From the NCBI RefSeq assembly GCF_006345805.1, contig NC_043000.1, positions 148,428,001 to 148,492,000 of the forward strand: a stretch of 64,000 nt of DNA, read 5' to 3'. The notes under the pieces were generated by a model. It was given only the letters and a program-made list of their open reading frames with translations, was not told the origin of the DNA and did no database searches. The DNA is from Octopus sinensis. Taxonomy: Eukaryota. The position numbers and the translations under genes are program-made. Shown here one piece after another: positions 39,705 to 51,822 of this stretch (positions are counted from its first letter, which is position 1; each line of letters begins with the position of its first letter).

Positions 39705-39834
39705 CCACCACCACCACCACCACCATCGTCACCATCAACGCCATTGCCATCATCATCATCATCATCAATCATCATCATAAACGTTTTTATCAGCAACAAC
39801 ATCGCGGTTGTTATCATCACAGTCATTGCTGCTG

Positions 39835-39904
<70 letters not shown>

Positions 39905-39905
39905 G
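38990..39905. repeat. (CAT/CAC)n compound array with a higher-order unit of about 102 bp, followed by (CTA)n
   Basis: GTGAATCATC unit starts at about 39186, 39289 and 39391. Confidence 0.93.
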
Positions 39906-40292
39906 TTGGGTTCTTTTTTTTTCAAACGGCAATATCCACACATCTTTTTTTCCTATTTCGCATTGGTTAGTCATGATTTGCCTGAGTGTATTTATACGCT
40001 TCATAATATGCAATTACCTATGAGGCCTGTTGCACGGTTCTATATGAGCATGCTATTATATACATGCACATATATGTTTGTGTGTGCGCGCGTGTGTTTT
40101 GTGTGTGCGTGTGTGTGTGTGTGTATGCGTGTGTGTGAGTGTGTGCGCGCACGTTTGTGTGTGTGTGTGTGTGTGCGTGCGTATGCACGCGCGTGTATGC
40201 ATTTGCATATTCTTAAGTAAAAGCATATATACATACACTCATACATACATGTATACATACATACAGAGGAAGAGAGAGAGAAACTGATATAG

Positions 40293-40330
<38 letters not shown>

Positions 40331-40351
40331 CACACACGCATATATATATAT

Positions 40352-40386
<35 letters not shown>

Positions 40387-40447
40387 CATACATACATACA
40401 TACAGACATACATACATACATACATACATACATACATACATAGAGAG

Positions 40448-40501
<54 letters not shown>

Positions 40502-40553
40502 TGAGAGAGAGAGAGGAGGGGAGGGGAGAGAGGGGGAGGTATATGTATGTGCG

Positions 40554-40864
40554 TGAAAGCGCGTGACTCAGTGGTTAGGGAATCCGGTTCACGATCGTAA
40601 CGTTCTAAGTTCGATTCCCGGAGGCGCGTTGTGCTCCTTGAGCAAGACACTTTATTTCAATTTGCTGGCGATAATGAATTCTACCTGTGATTCAACGAGC
40701 CAGCCTTCTTACCATTCTGTGTCACGCTGAATCTTCCTGAGAATCACCTTAAGGGTACGCGTGTCTGTTGAGTGCTTAGCCACTTCTACGTCAATTACAT
40801 GAACAGGCCGCTCCGTTAATTGGATCAACTGGAACACTCGTCGTCGTAACCGACGGAGTGCCAG
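40554..40864 (+). mobile_element. OR2-type SINE, diverged
   Basis: Homologous to 23899-24215. Confidence 0.85.
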
Positions 40865-41188
40865 TATTTATATGTGTGTATAATTGTATGTTTGTGTGTG
40901 TATGCATATATATATATATATGTAGGTCCCGGGTTGAGCCGGGGTTAACCACAGTAAATAAGGTACTCAATACATAGCAGAGTAAATTAATTTATTTTAT
41001 AGAAGGACCTTCTACAGGACTAGAACTGTTTCATTCAAAAGAAATCATATATATATATTAAATAAATATATTTATTGGGAATAATCAATAAATTTTTCCC
41101 TTATGAGGTTTTTCACGCTAACTACTTGATAAATTCTTATAAAGATTTTATCCTATATTTAAATTGCATGTATATGTATGTATGTATG

Positions 41189-41222
<34 letters not shown>

Positions 41223-41600
41223 TGTGTATATATGAGCGCGCGTGTGTGCGTGTATACACGCGCGCGCGCACACAATACGTAGTAATTTGTCGATACTAAT
41301 CTGTATTTTATTTTCTATGTGTACTATATTTGCGGTCCATCCTCCCGGCTATCACAAACGTTTATCATATCAACGACTAACATTTTGATATTTTTCCTCC
41401 TGTTACTCAAATTTAACCAGATTCATACAATGTGTAAAATGACATTCATACAATTATAATAGCTAGGGTAATCCGGATTAATTAAAAGCAAATTGTTTTG
41501 TTCCAATAATAGATGAAAGCGTTCGATAATGAAAACAAGAAAATTCAGGTCTTCAGCAGTGGCATCAATCCGTTTTCTTAGATTTTATTTACAATAGATA

Positions 41601-42390
41601 CGAGAGGGTACCCAAAAGTAACAGGAAATGTTCTCTGTGGAACAAACTTGTAGTTCAGGCTGCCACCGCGAGAATCCACTTGATGCGATACTCAGGCATT
41701 AGTCTGCTAACAGACGTCATCGAGTGTAGTCCCACTGCTACGTGGTGCGTCTTTGTTTTGCAGTGCTTCTCCTATGTTCGTCGATTTTTGTAATGGCTGA
41801 AACGAAGGAACAGCGTGCTTCCGTGATATTCTGTTTTCTGCTGGGAAAAAAACGACGACCGAAACAGTTGTCATGCTTCAAACAACTTACAATGACGCTG
41901 TCATTAGCAGAACACAAATTTACGAGTGATTTAGGAATGGTCATTTGTCGTTTGAAGACCAACCTCGTTCAGGAAGACCGTCGACCTTCCGAACGAATGA
42001 AAACATCACGTAAATTCATGAACTGATCTTGGAGGACGGTCACTGAACAATTGATGAACTTGTTGATATGATTGGTGGGTTCTGGAGCTCCTACCAACGA
42101 ATTTTGAGCGAGAAATTGCGAATGAAAAGTGTTGCAGCAAAATTTGTGCCTTGTTTGCTCATGGAAGATGAGATGCACTCACGACTGAATGCGTGTTGTG
42201 AACAGTTGGAAGTTGATCCGGACTTTTTTTTCGAAGGTCATCCCTGGTGACAAAAGCTGGTTCTATGGAATTTGCAGATGTGAAAGAGATGAAGAAAAAA
42301 CAACGGGGACGTTAAAAGGCATCATTTCGCAAGAGTTCCAGCTCTGCTTCGAATAGTAGAAAACGCGCCTCGACCAATGCATTGCTTCAA
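41601..42390 (+). mobile_element. Internally deleted mariner element
   Basis: TA|CGAGAGGGTACCCAAAAGTAAC end; EQRASVIFCFLLGK, DQPRSGRPST, KSVAAKFVP, and a C-terminal FADVKEMKK...QEFQLCFE. Confidence 0.85.
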
Positions 42391-42549
42391 ATAATAATAA
42401 TACAGTTCTATAGATATGAGGAATAATGTACATTATTTACATTATTTACAATTGACGGATATTTGTACTCATCTTGTTTGTTGTTAACACAACGTTTCGG
42501 CTGATATACCTTCCAGCCTTCATCTAATAAAGGCTAGAGGATATATTAG

Positions 42550-42778
42550 GCGGCGAGCTGGTAGAAACGTTAGCACGCCGGGCGAAATTCGTAGCCGTAT
42601 TTCGTCTGTCGTTACGTTCCGAGTTCAAATTCCGCCGAGGTCGACTTTGCCTTTCATCCTTTCGCGGTCGATAAATTAAGTACCAGTTACGCACTGGGGT
42701 TGATGTAGTCGACTTAATCCCTTTGTCTGTCCTTCTTTGTCCCCTCTGTGTTTAGCCCCTTGTGGGTAGTAAAGAAAT
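42550..42778 (+). mobile_element. Deu/Nin-type SINE with 9-bp target-site duplication
   Basis: ATATATTAG at 42541-42549 and 42779-42787. Confidence 0.9.
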
Positions 42779-42959
42779 ATATATTAGTCGAAACGATGTG
42801 TTAACAACAAACAAGATAAAGACAAATATCCGTCAATTGTAAATAATGTAAATAGAGAATACTTTGAAGGCGATAAAAGTGTAAACATGTAAATCTAAGT
42901 GAATGAAATGATATTGCAAAATTCCGGTTTCTTTTGGGTACTGCACCGTATATTTATTG

Positions 42960-43830
42960 AAGAAATTTATTTCATCCATCCATTCATCTTCTCCCACTAC
43001 TCTGTCACTATTCCTGGCAGGGTCGATGGGGGTAGAGTCTTCAGGTACCTCCTCCATAACTTCCGGCCATTATACTTTTCGGCTGGATTCTCAACAGTTA
43101 CCAACTGAGACTACAGATATTTTCCAATCATCTTGTTCCAGGTCTACTCCTAGGTCTTCTGCTGATTGGCTTGGTTTGAAGAGTTCATCCTGCAATTATT
43201 TCCGGCGACACTCTAATCGTTCTTTGTACCAAAGCTATGACCTCTCAATGCGAAGAAGTTGCGGGCTTGATTTTGAGAGACTCCATGATATCCGAGTTAC
43301 GCTCCCTGTTGAGTAATGCTTACTCCAGAGATATCCTTCGGCAGAACCCCATTTCTACCGCGTGTATTCGCCATCGTACTTTTCCGATCATTAACCAACA
43401 TCCATGACCGTAGTGAGGATGGGCACGTAAACAAAACTGAAGATAGCAAGTTCGGCTTTTTACTAGCCGCCCCTCTTCTGGAGAGGATGATGGATCTGGC
43501 GCATTACTGTGTCAGCACCAGCAAGTCAAGCATCAAATTCAGCCTTCTGCTTCCCATTATTTGTGAATATGGCCCAGACATACTTATGCTTCTTTACGAA
43601 TTTTATTACAGAGTTGAAAATAAGCCAAGATATATAAGGAAACCTGAATTTCGATAGTCTTTGATTAATTGAAATGGTAATGATAACTGGAAAACGTTTG
43701 GCCTTTTTGGCATTTGTTATGTCGCAGTACTACAAAGTGGCTGTGTGAGCTACGGAATCCTCATCACCACTGTTATGTCGCACGTTCGGATGCCTACTCA
43801 ACTCTCCTCTCCACTCTACTCTTTCTACGT
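42960..43830 (-). mobile_element. Degenerate RTE-clade LINE 3' part with (GGAT)n tail
   Basis: Minus-strand remnants resembling KAKLAIFSSVYVPILTYG, RIHAVEMGF.RRIS and RRPRSRPGTR. Confidence 0.7.
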
Positions 43831-43850
43831 CTAGACTTCTCCCCCTATAT

Positions 43851-44069
43851 CAGTGCTTTTCAAACTTTTTGCTGGAGCGGAACCCCAAGGAAACATTCCA
43901 CTGGCTCGAGGAACCCCTGTGCAATGATTTAATAGTCTTATGCACACATATCTGCACAGGAGACTTAAAAATTACTGCCGATTTTAGCAGTTTTGTAATT
44001 TCTTGCGGAACCCCTGGACTGTACTGGCGGAACCCTAAGGTTCCACGGAACCCTGGTTGAAAACCACTG
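43851..44069. mobile_element. hAT-type MITE
   Basis: TIRs CAGTGCTTTTCAA / TTGAAAACCACTG; 8-bp flanks CCCTATAT / CTCTATAT (one mismatch). Confidence 0.88.
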
Positions 44070-44205
44070 CTCTATATCTACGTATTGTGCTAGTCTACTT
44101 CATCATCTGGGGGCGTCCACACACATTAGATGTACATAAACAAGAAATACTGACAACTGTAATTAAAAATTATAAAGAACACGGAAGATTTCAAAATCTA
44201 TTCAT

Positions 44206-44610
44206 ATGGCTGTGTAGTTAAAAAGGCCGCTTCACCACCACGTGACTTTGGGTTCAGTCCCACTGAGCGGCATTTCAGGCTAATGTCTTCTGCTATAGCC
44301 TCGGGCTGATTAATGTACTGCGATTGAGTTTTGTTTGACAGAAACTGTGTAGAGTCCCATCATTATATGTATGTGTGTGTGTATGTGTGTGTATGTGTGT
44401 GTGTGTGTGTTTTCTCCCTCCCTCGTTGGGTTGTTTACGACTGTAATATTGCGATTCAATAAAAATCTGGCACTTATTCCATTGAATAAGTGCCATACTT
44501 TAAAAAGAACTACAGTACTGGATTTTCTTTGATCAACTAAAACCTGTCAAGACAATGACCCAGCATGGCAGCAGTTCAATGATTGAAAGAAACCAAAGAA
44601 TAAACGAATA
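44206..44610 (+). mobile_element. Old OK-like SINE
   Basis: Degenerate head GGGTTCAGTCCCACTG, internal (TG)n, tail CAGCATGGCAGCAGTTCAATGATTGAAA. Confidence 0.7.
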
Positions 44611-45179
44611 AACAAATTAAATGAAAGTTCAATTTTATAACTAAATTTCGCGTTTTTTTAACTAAAAATCCAAATTATCTCATGTGAGATTTGTATCTTT
44701 CCAACAAGTGACTTAATCTTGAATCACGTTTTGAAATTGAAGCAATTACATCGAGCAATAGCCATTCTAGCAGTTTAACAACGCTTAAAACTGCTAAATT
44801 AACTTTAATTTTTAAATTTATTTAACGAGCTGTTACAGTTTTTGCCACGCGAAAATTTTGACACCTCCTGCGATAAATCTAAAATCCAAAGTTTATTCAG
44901 CAGATGTGTGTTTATTATATGGCTAAAAATGTTATGCAATTAACCTAAATTGATTTTATTTGTGCATGAAATTGATCAATTCATTTTAACGTAGATAAAT
45001 GGTTCGGTGTTTTGAAAAGTTATAAAATTATTTGACATGTAATAAAACGGAATTGTATGTAAGTGCGTGAGTGGGTGTGGGCGTGTACGTATGACTATAT
45101 ATATTATATATATACATACATATATATATATGTATATATATATAATTGATCAAAATAAAAACATGATGCGAAGGATTCA

Positions 45180-45257
45180 GCGGTACATATGTTTCGGGCC
45201 TTTATTAGACAGATTTATAACAATGCATAATGTATGTCTGTGGCCTTCTTCAGCCGC
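45180..45257 (-). ncRNA. Type I hammerhead ribozyme motif with a complete conserved core
   Basis: GCGG | CTGAAGA | A GGCC-41 nt-GGCC C | GAAAC ATAT GT A | CCGC. Stems I, II and III all pair. Confidence 0.8.
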
Positions 45258-45406
45258 GCACAACAGCTTCCACAAGGACATGTGTTACATCAAAAATTCT
45301 TGGTTGGGGATGCAAATCCTCTCATTCGCGTACGACATAATGCGGCAGCAGCATAGAATTGAAGCGTCCATCTCTTTCTTCTCTCAATGTAGAATGAGGA
45401 AAATTG

Positions 45407-45437
<31 letters not shown>

Positions 45438-45952
45438 CAGGGGTTCAACACAATAATGGAAACACATTAAAATTTAAAACAAATTTATTTGAATATGAGA
45501 TAGGACCGCCTTTGGCAGTAATTATAGCCTGAATTTTGCGAGGTACGGACTTGTACAAAGTTTGAATTGTTTCCAAAGGAATTTTTGTCCATTCTTCAGC
45601 TAAAACGGTCTCCAGTTCTTGTAGTGATGATGGTGGAGGATATTGACTCCTTACTTGTTTTTCTAAAATGCGCCATAAATGTTCAATAATATTGAGATCT
45701 GGGGGCTGTGATGGCCTGATAAGATGTTCAACTTCACTAGAATGTTCCTCGTGCCATTCAGTAACAACTTTAGCTGTGTGAATTGGTGCATTATCATCCT
45801 GAAAGATTTCCTTTTTTCTATCTGTGTCTCTGTTTCTTTTTTACTCTTGTGAGGGCTTGGTGGCAGGTAGCAGCAGTCCTAATATTTGATATGAGTTCTT
45901 GGTTTTGATTATTTAAGCAGCAGTAGTAGCTGAGGAAGGAGAAGAAGAAGAG

Positions 45953-45984
<32 letters not shown>

Positions 45985-46016
45985 AGAAGAAGGAGGAGAA
46001 GGAGGAGGAGGAGGAG

Positions 46017-46048
<32 letters not shown>

Positions 46049-46420
46049 AGAAGAAGAAGAAGAAGAAGAAGAAGAAGGAGAAGGAGAAGGGGGAAGGGAG
46101 TAGGAAAAGAAGAGAAAGAATAATAAAAATGCGAGAGTGGTATGACAGTAGAAGGATGTTGGTGGAATCCTCTTGCTACCTGCTACCAAGACTTCGCAAG
46201 AGTAAAAAAGAGAAACAGAGACAGACAGAAAAAAGGGAAAATGTCCCCAGCATTTGAAAACTATGGAATATTTTAAAGAAAACATTTCTTTTAATTTTTT
46301 CTCAATTTAATTGTTTTTCATGCTTTTACTCCAAGTTGAAAAAGTCGCAAAGACTGAAGCCGATGCTAAAATGTTCTTCATGATAAAATTATGTTAGCAT
46401 TTTCTACCTTGTCTTATTTC

Positions 46421-46424
<4 letters not shown>
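45438..46424 (-). mobile_element. Tc1 transposon 3' fragment plus foldback insert (duplication unit 1)
   Basis: TA|CAGGGGTTCAACAC TIR; IFQDDNAPIHTAKVV...PDLNIIEHLW...TAKGGPISY (DD34E-type). Confidence 0.9.
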
Positions 46425-46480
<56 letters not shown>

Positions 46481-46483
46481 CTA

Positions 46484-47426
46484 CAGGGGTTCAACACAAT
46501 AATGGAAACACATTAAAATTTAAAACAATTTATTTGAATATGAGATAGGACCGCCTTTGGCAGTAATTATCGCCTGAATTTTGCGAGGTACGGACTTGTA
46601 CAAAGTTTGAATTGTTTCCAAAGGAATTTTTGTCCATTCTTCAGCTAAAACGGTCTCCAGTTCTTGTAGTGATGATGGTGGAGGATATTGACTCCTTACT
46701 TGTTTTTCTAAAATGCGCCATAAATGTTCAATAATATTGAGATCTGGAGACTTTGGTAGCCAGATAAGATGTTCAACTTCACTAGAATGTTCCTCGTGCC
46801 ATTCAGTAACAACTTTAGCTGTGTGAATTGGTGCATTATCATCCTGAAAGATTTCCTTTTTTCTATCTGTGTCTCTGTTTCTTTTTTACTCTTGTGAGGG
46901 CTTGGTGGCAGGTAGCAGCAGTCCTAATATTTGATATGAGTTCTTGGTTTTGATTATTTAAGCAGCAGTAGTAGCTGAGGAAGGAGGAGTAGAAGAAGAA
47001 GAAGAAGAAGAAGAAGAAGAAGAAGAAGAAGAAAGAAGAAGAAGGAGAAGAAGAAGAAGGAGGAGGAGGAGGAGGAGGAGGAGGAGGAGGAGGAAGGGAG
47101 GGAGTAGGAAAAGAAGAGAAAGAATAATAAAAATGCGAGAGTGGTATGACAGTAGAAGGATGTTGGTGGAATCCTCTTGCTACCTGCTACCAAGACTTCG
47201 CAAGAGTAAAAAAGAGAAACAGAGACAGACAGAAAAATGGAAAATGTCCCCAGCATTTGAAAACTATGGAAATATTTTTAAAAACATTTCTTTTAATTTT
47301 TTCTCAATTTAATTGTTTTTCATGCTTTTACTCCAAGTTGAAAAAGTCGCAAAGACTGAATCAGATACTAAAATGTTCTTCATGATAAAATTATTTTAGC
47401 ATTTTCTACCTTGTCTTATTTCCCTT
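46484..47426 (-). mobile_element. Tc1 transposon 3' fragment plus foldback insert (duplication unit 2)
   Basis: Near-identical to unit 1; offset 1046 bp. Confidence 0.9.
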
Positions 47427-47449
47427 ATATATATATATATATATAATAT

Positions 47450-47487
<38 letters not shown>

Positions 47488-47711
47488 GGCGGTGCTCCAG
47501 CATGGCCGCAGTCGGGTGACTGAGACAGGTGGAGAGTATTATATATATATATATATTCACTGAGATACTGAGACAACAACATCAACATACTGGGCTAGCT
47601 ACTACAAACACTTTTATCCAGGACCGCATCCGGAAACAGTCATTTCTTGATGGTTGAAAGACTCACCCGCCAGCACACTACATCTACCAATTTAGAAGCG
47701 TATTGTGCGTG

Positions 47712-47768
<57 letters not shown>

Positions 47769-49179
47769 GTTAATACAACAGCTGTTACTATTTTGAACTA
47801 GGATGTTGTGTAACCACCTCTTAAGTCCACTCGGTTCATCTTTTTTTTTTACTTCATTCCTTTTGTTTCCATTCCGCTCAGACACCACGCTATACACTAT
47901 ACAAAACATTTTCTCTCCGGAGCTGAAAACTACTGGAATATCCACTCTTTTTTTTTTATCCACGAAACCTTCAGGCGCCAGCTTTCATGAATTCAAACTG
48001 AACACAAAAGTCTTGGGCGTTGCCTTTCCTCCTCCAATTAATTAATTATTAACAAAAAAATAAATAACACTATGCTTGGTTTAGTAGGAATGCTTTATTC
48101 CGACCGTTTGTATCTACGCAACACACACAAAATGTCGGAAACATTGATTTAATGACCGAGCTACTTAAAAACACAATGTACCAGATTACACTACTATTTC
48201 CGATTCGTCTGCATCATGTGATTGAGCAAAAACACATCCGCTTTTGTCGACGGCCACGGTATAAGAGCACTGTTTTGTCTAAGTACTAGAATGATTATTT
48301 GGGTTGGTTATTCGCTAACTTTGTGTACCACTGTTGATGGTTACTCTGTGAAAATAGTATATTGATTGAAGTTGCAAAGAGAGAGAAAAAAAAAGAGGAA
48401 AATTGAACAGAAACAAACAAACTCAAAACTACATAAATGGTGACAAATAAAGTGAAGTATTCTTAACAGTGAATTACATTTATGGACGTCCTGTCTCAAT
48501 ATGTACAAATGATAATTTTCCGATTTATTATATATTTAGCTGTCACACAACAGTTCTGGTCATTTTTTAAGTCCTTTTTTCTTTTAGTAAGCATATCATT
48601 TTAATATTTATCTTCTTTTTTTTTTTTACGTAAGGAATTCTACAGAATATGATTGGAACTTTTAAACTTCCGGAACATTTTACGGTTTGCATGCGAAATA
48701 GGATATAAACCAGGAGAGAAGAAGTGATTCATTTGCTTGCATCAATAATTTCAGAAATGCACCAAACTTCGATGTCATCTAATCTTTAGAACGTTTAAAT
48801 CATCAAGAGATTCAAAATGCGAAATATTCTTTATCTAAATTTTATGTTTGCACTCACAATCCTTGGTGCATATGGATGTGTTACTAAATGTTTAATTAAC
48901 AGTCTAGAAAAGCTGTGGTGTTTTCAAATATGGAAAGAAACCTTCTCGTTCGTATTCTGTAAAAACAGCCAGTAGAGCACACTAGAAAAGATACTTTGTT
49001 TCTAGGTTGAAAACCGGCACTTTTCCATCTGTGAGAATTTCCAGAAATAAAGCTGGGAGAACACGCACCCCACCACACACACAAACACACACACGCTTAC
49101 TTACATACACACATAAACAAACATTCATACACACATAGACACATGCTTACACGTATACACTCATACGTACACACACATA

Positions 49180-49259
<80 letters not shown>

Positions 49260-49291
49260 TACATAGAGGTACATACATTCGCGTACAGGTA

Positions 49292-50110
49292 CGAGAGTCG
49301 GTTGAAAAGATCATAGACTGACATAGATACTCCTATAGAATGTAAGAAAATGAGGTTTATTTTTCAACAGAGTCCTCCTTCCAGCCATTGAAATCAAAGA
49401 CTTGAGTCCTGGAGCATTGTCCTGGGCGATTGGTCTTGATAGCTTTTCGTAACTGCCTCAACAAGTTGGCATATAGCACTCTCCATTGATGGTGTGGCCC
49501 TTTTGAAGATAGTCAATAAACACAATGCCTTTTCCACCCCGCAAAACTGAGGCCATCACCTTCCCTGCAGATGAAACGAGATTGACCTTCTTTGGAGCAG
49601 GTAAGGAGGAGTGTTTCCACTGCATGGATTGTCTATTTGTCTCTGGCTCAAAGTGATGAAGCTAACACACATCCTGGTTTAGGAAACGTTCAAGGAAACC
49701 AGCTGAATCTGTCTCAAAAATGTCAGATTTTTCCCGTAATGTGATTCGCGCCTGGTGCACTTTTGATCAGGTGTCAAAAGACGTGGCACCCACCAAGCAG
49801 AAACTTTCCCCATGCCATGTTCATTGTGCAGAATATTCTCAACTCTCTCACGGCATATGTTAATAGCATTGAATATTTGATTTGTCGTCAATTGCCTGTC
49901 ATCTATCAGCATATAGTGGACACGATCAATGCATTTGTCAGTGATGGCAGCTGCAAGACGCTTAGACGTTAGGTTATCTTCAAGACTCTCCATTCTCCTC
50001 CTAAATTCAGCTGCCCACGCCTGCATTTGATAAAGCTGGAGCGTCATACCCTAAATTCGCAATGATGTCGACAGGAATGTCCTTGGGAGGTAAATCGTTT
50101 TTCTGCAGGT
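49292..50110 (-). mobile_element. Degenerate mariner element
   Basis: TA|CGAGAGTCGGTTGAAAAG end; DDRQLT...ILHNEHGMGKVSAWWVPRLLTPDQK (WVPRLL motif). Confidence 0.85.
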
Positions 50111-50671
50111 ACCTTATAACACTAGAATGCCAAATTTTGTCGATTTCAAAGAGACGTCGCCAAAAGAAACAATGCAGCTATTAATTAGAGAATTTGAAAT
50201 TAGTACATGCAATGTATCACAGCTCTAGCGCCACGTCTTCATAGTCAGCCAATGAACTTTTCATACATACATAGATGCATGCATACATACATACATACAT
50301 ACATACATACATACATACATACATACATACATACATACATACATACATACATGGTGGCTGCCCCCTCGTTATCGAGTATGGCCATTGCACGAAGCTTAAT
50401 CAATGTTGTTATTGTGCAATGCCTGTGCAAGAAGATTTTTTTTAAAGTGATGAAAGGCTGTGCACTGAGTCAAGGTAGAGGCAGAGAGACAGAAGAATTA
50501 GGGAGGAACGAGTAAAAAGAAAGGGGACAGAGTGAAGTGAAAGAGGATGGAAGGTGAGAATGAAGAGAAAGCCAGGAAATGTAACAGAGAGGGAACGACA
50601 GAAAGAAGAGTGGAAAGAACGAAGTGTGAAGGAGCTGCGAGAAAGAAAGAAAGAAAGAATGAAAGAATATA

Positions 50672-50856
50672 TACTCTTTTACTCTTTTACTCTTTTACTT
50701 GTTTCAGTCATTCGACTGTGGCCATGCTGGAGCAACTCGACCCCGGGACTTATTCGTTGTAAGCCCAGTACTTATTCTATCAGTCTCTTTTGCCGAACCG
50801 CTAAGTGACGGAGACGTAAACACACCAGTATCGGTTGTCAAGCAATGCTAGGGGGA

Positions 50857-50914
<58 letters not shown>

Positions 50915-51085
50915 CATATATACGACAGGCTTCTTTCAGTTTCCGTCTACCAAATCCACTCACAAGGCATTGGTCGGCCCGGAGCTATAGCAGAAGACAC
51001 TTGCCCAAGATGCCACGCAGTGGGACTGAACCCGGAACCATGTAGTTGGTTAGCAAGCTACTTACCACACAGCCACTCCTGCGCC
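50672..51085 (-). mobile_element. OK-type SINE at the centre of a foldback
   Basis: Family match, full length. Confidence 0.9.
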
Positions 51086-51822
51086 AATATATATATATAT
51101 ATTTTTTTTTTATGACTCTCTTATTCTTTCTTTCTTTCTCACAGCTCCTTCACACTTCGTTCTTTTCACTCTTCTTTCTGTCGTTCCCTCTCTGTAACAT
51201 TTCCTGGCTTTCTCTTCATTCCCACCTTCCTTCCTCTTTCACTTCACTCTGTCCCCTTTCTTTTTTCTCGTTCCTCCCTAATTCTTCTGTCCCTCTGCCT
51301 CTACCTCTCTCCTTACTCTCCACGTGACCGGTGTTCGACTAAGCCTGAACTTTCTTTCTTGGTTCGACTACCATCCATGCAACATCTATATTTCTCCCCC
51401 AGCCTGTCATCTCTTATGTCCCTGCTTCACTTCCACACACGCCGGCTTAATCTAATTCGTCCTTAGTCGAAAGACACCTGTTGTTAATATCCTGTTATTT
51501 GAATTTGTATTTGTGTACCATTTCTCCGGGTTTTTTCGTCATTGTTTTCGTATACATTCGCTGCTTTCTTCCAAGGAATCTAGTGCTCTTAACTTAGTTT
51601 TTCCTTGGGGTTGGCCAGATTGGAACAATCTCAAGTATAACCAGCCGAAATTGCAAAGATAATCTGCAACTCGACTGAGGAAAGAAAACTCCGAATGATC
51701 CGTCCTTGTTTTTTCTTATCCCTTTTTCTATCATCCAATTGTCTGGATGTTTTGCGTTCTTGTCCCATTTTTTATATTCCTTTTTATATGCATACATACA
51801 TACATACATATATACATATATA

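Noticed and set aside
38573-40220. His-, Ser- and Asp-rich ORFs
   Set aside because: They are translations of the (CAT/CAC)n array, and the frames are broken by 1-nt indels.
48900-49060. Possible small minus-strand exons (DGKVPVFNLETK; YEREGFFPYLKTPQLF); similar weak candidates at about 10300-10380 and 13350-13490
   Set aside because: They are short, have alternative splice-site readings and no recognisable family, and chance AG/GT-bounded frames are expected at this length.
51670-51705. CTGAGGA...GAAT possible hammerhead
   Set aside because: GAAA is absent, and stems II and III cannot be drawn convincingly.
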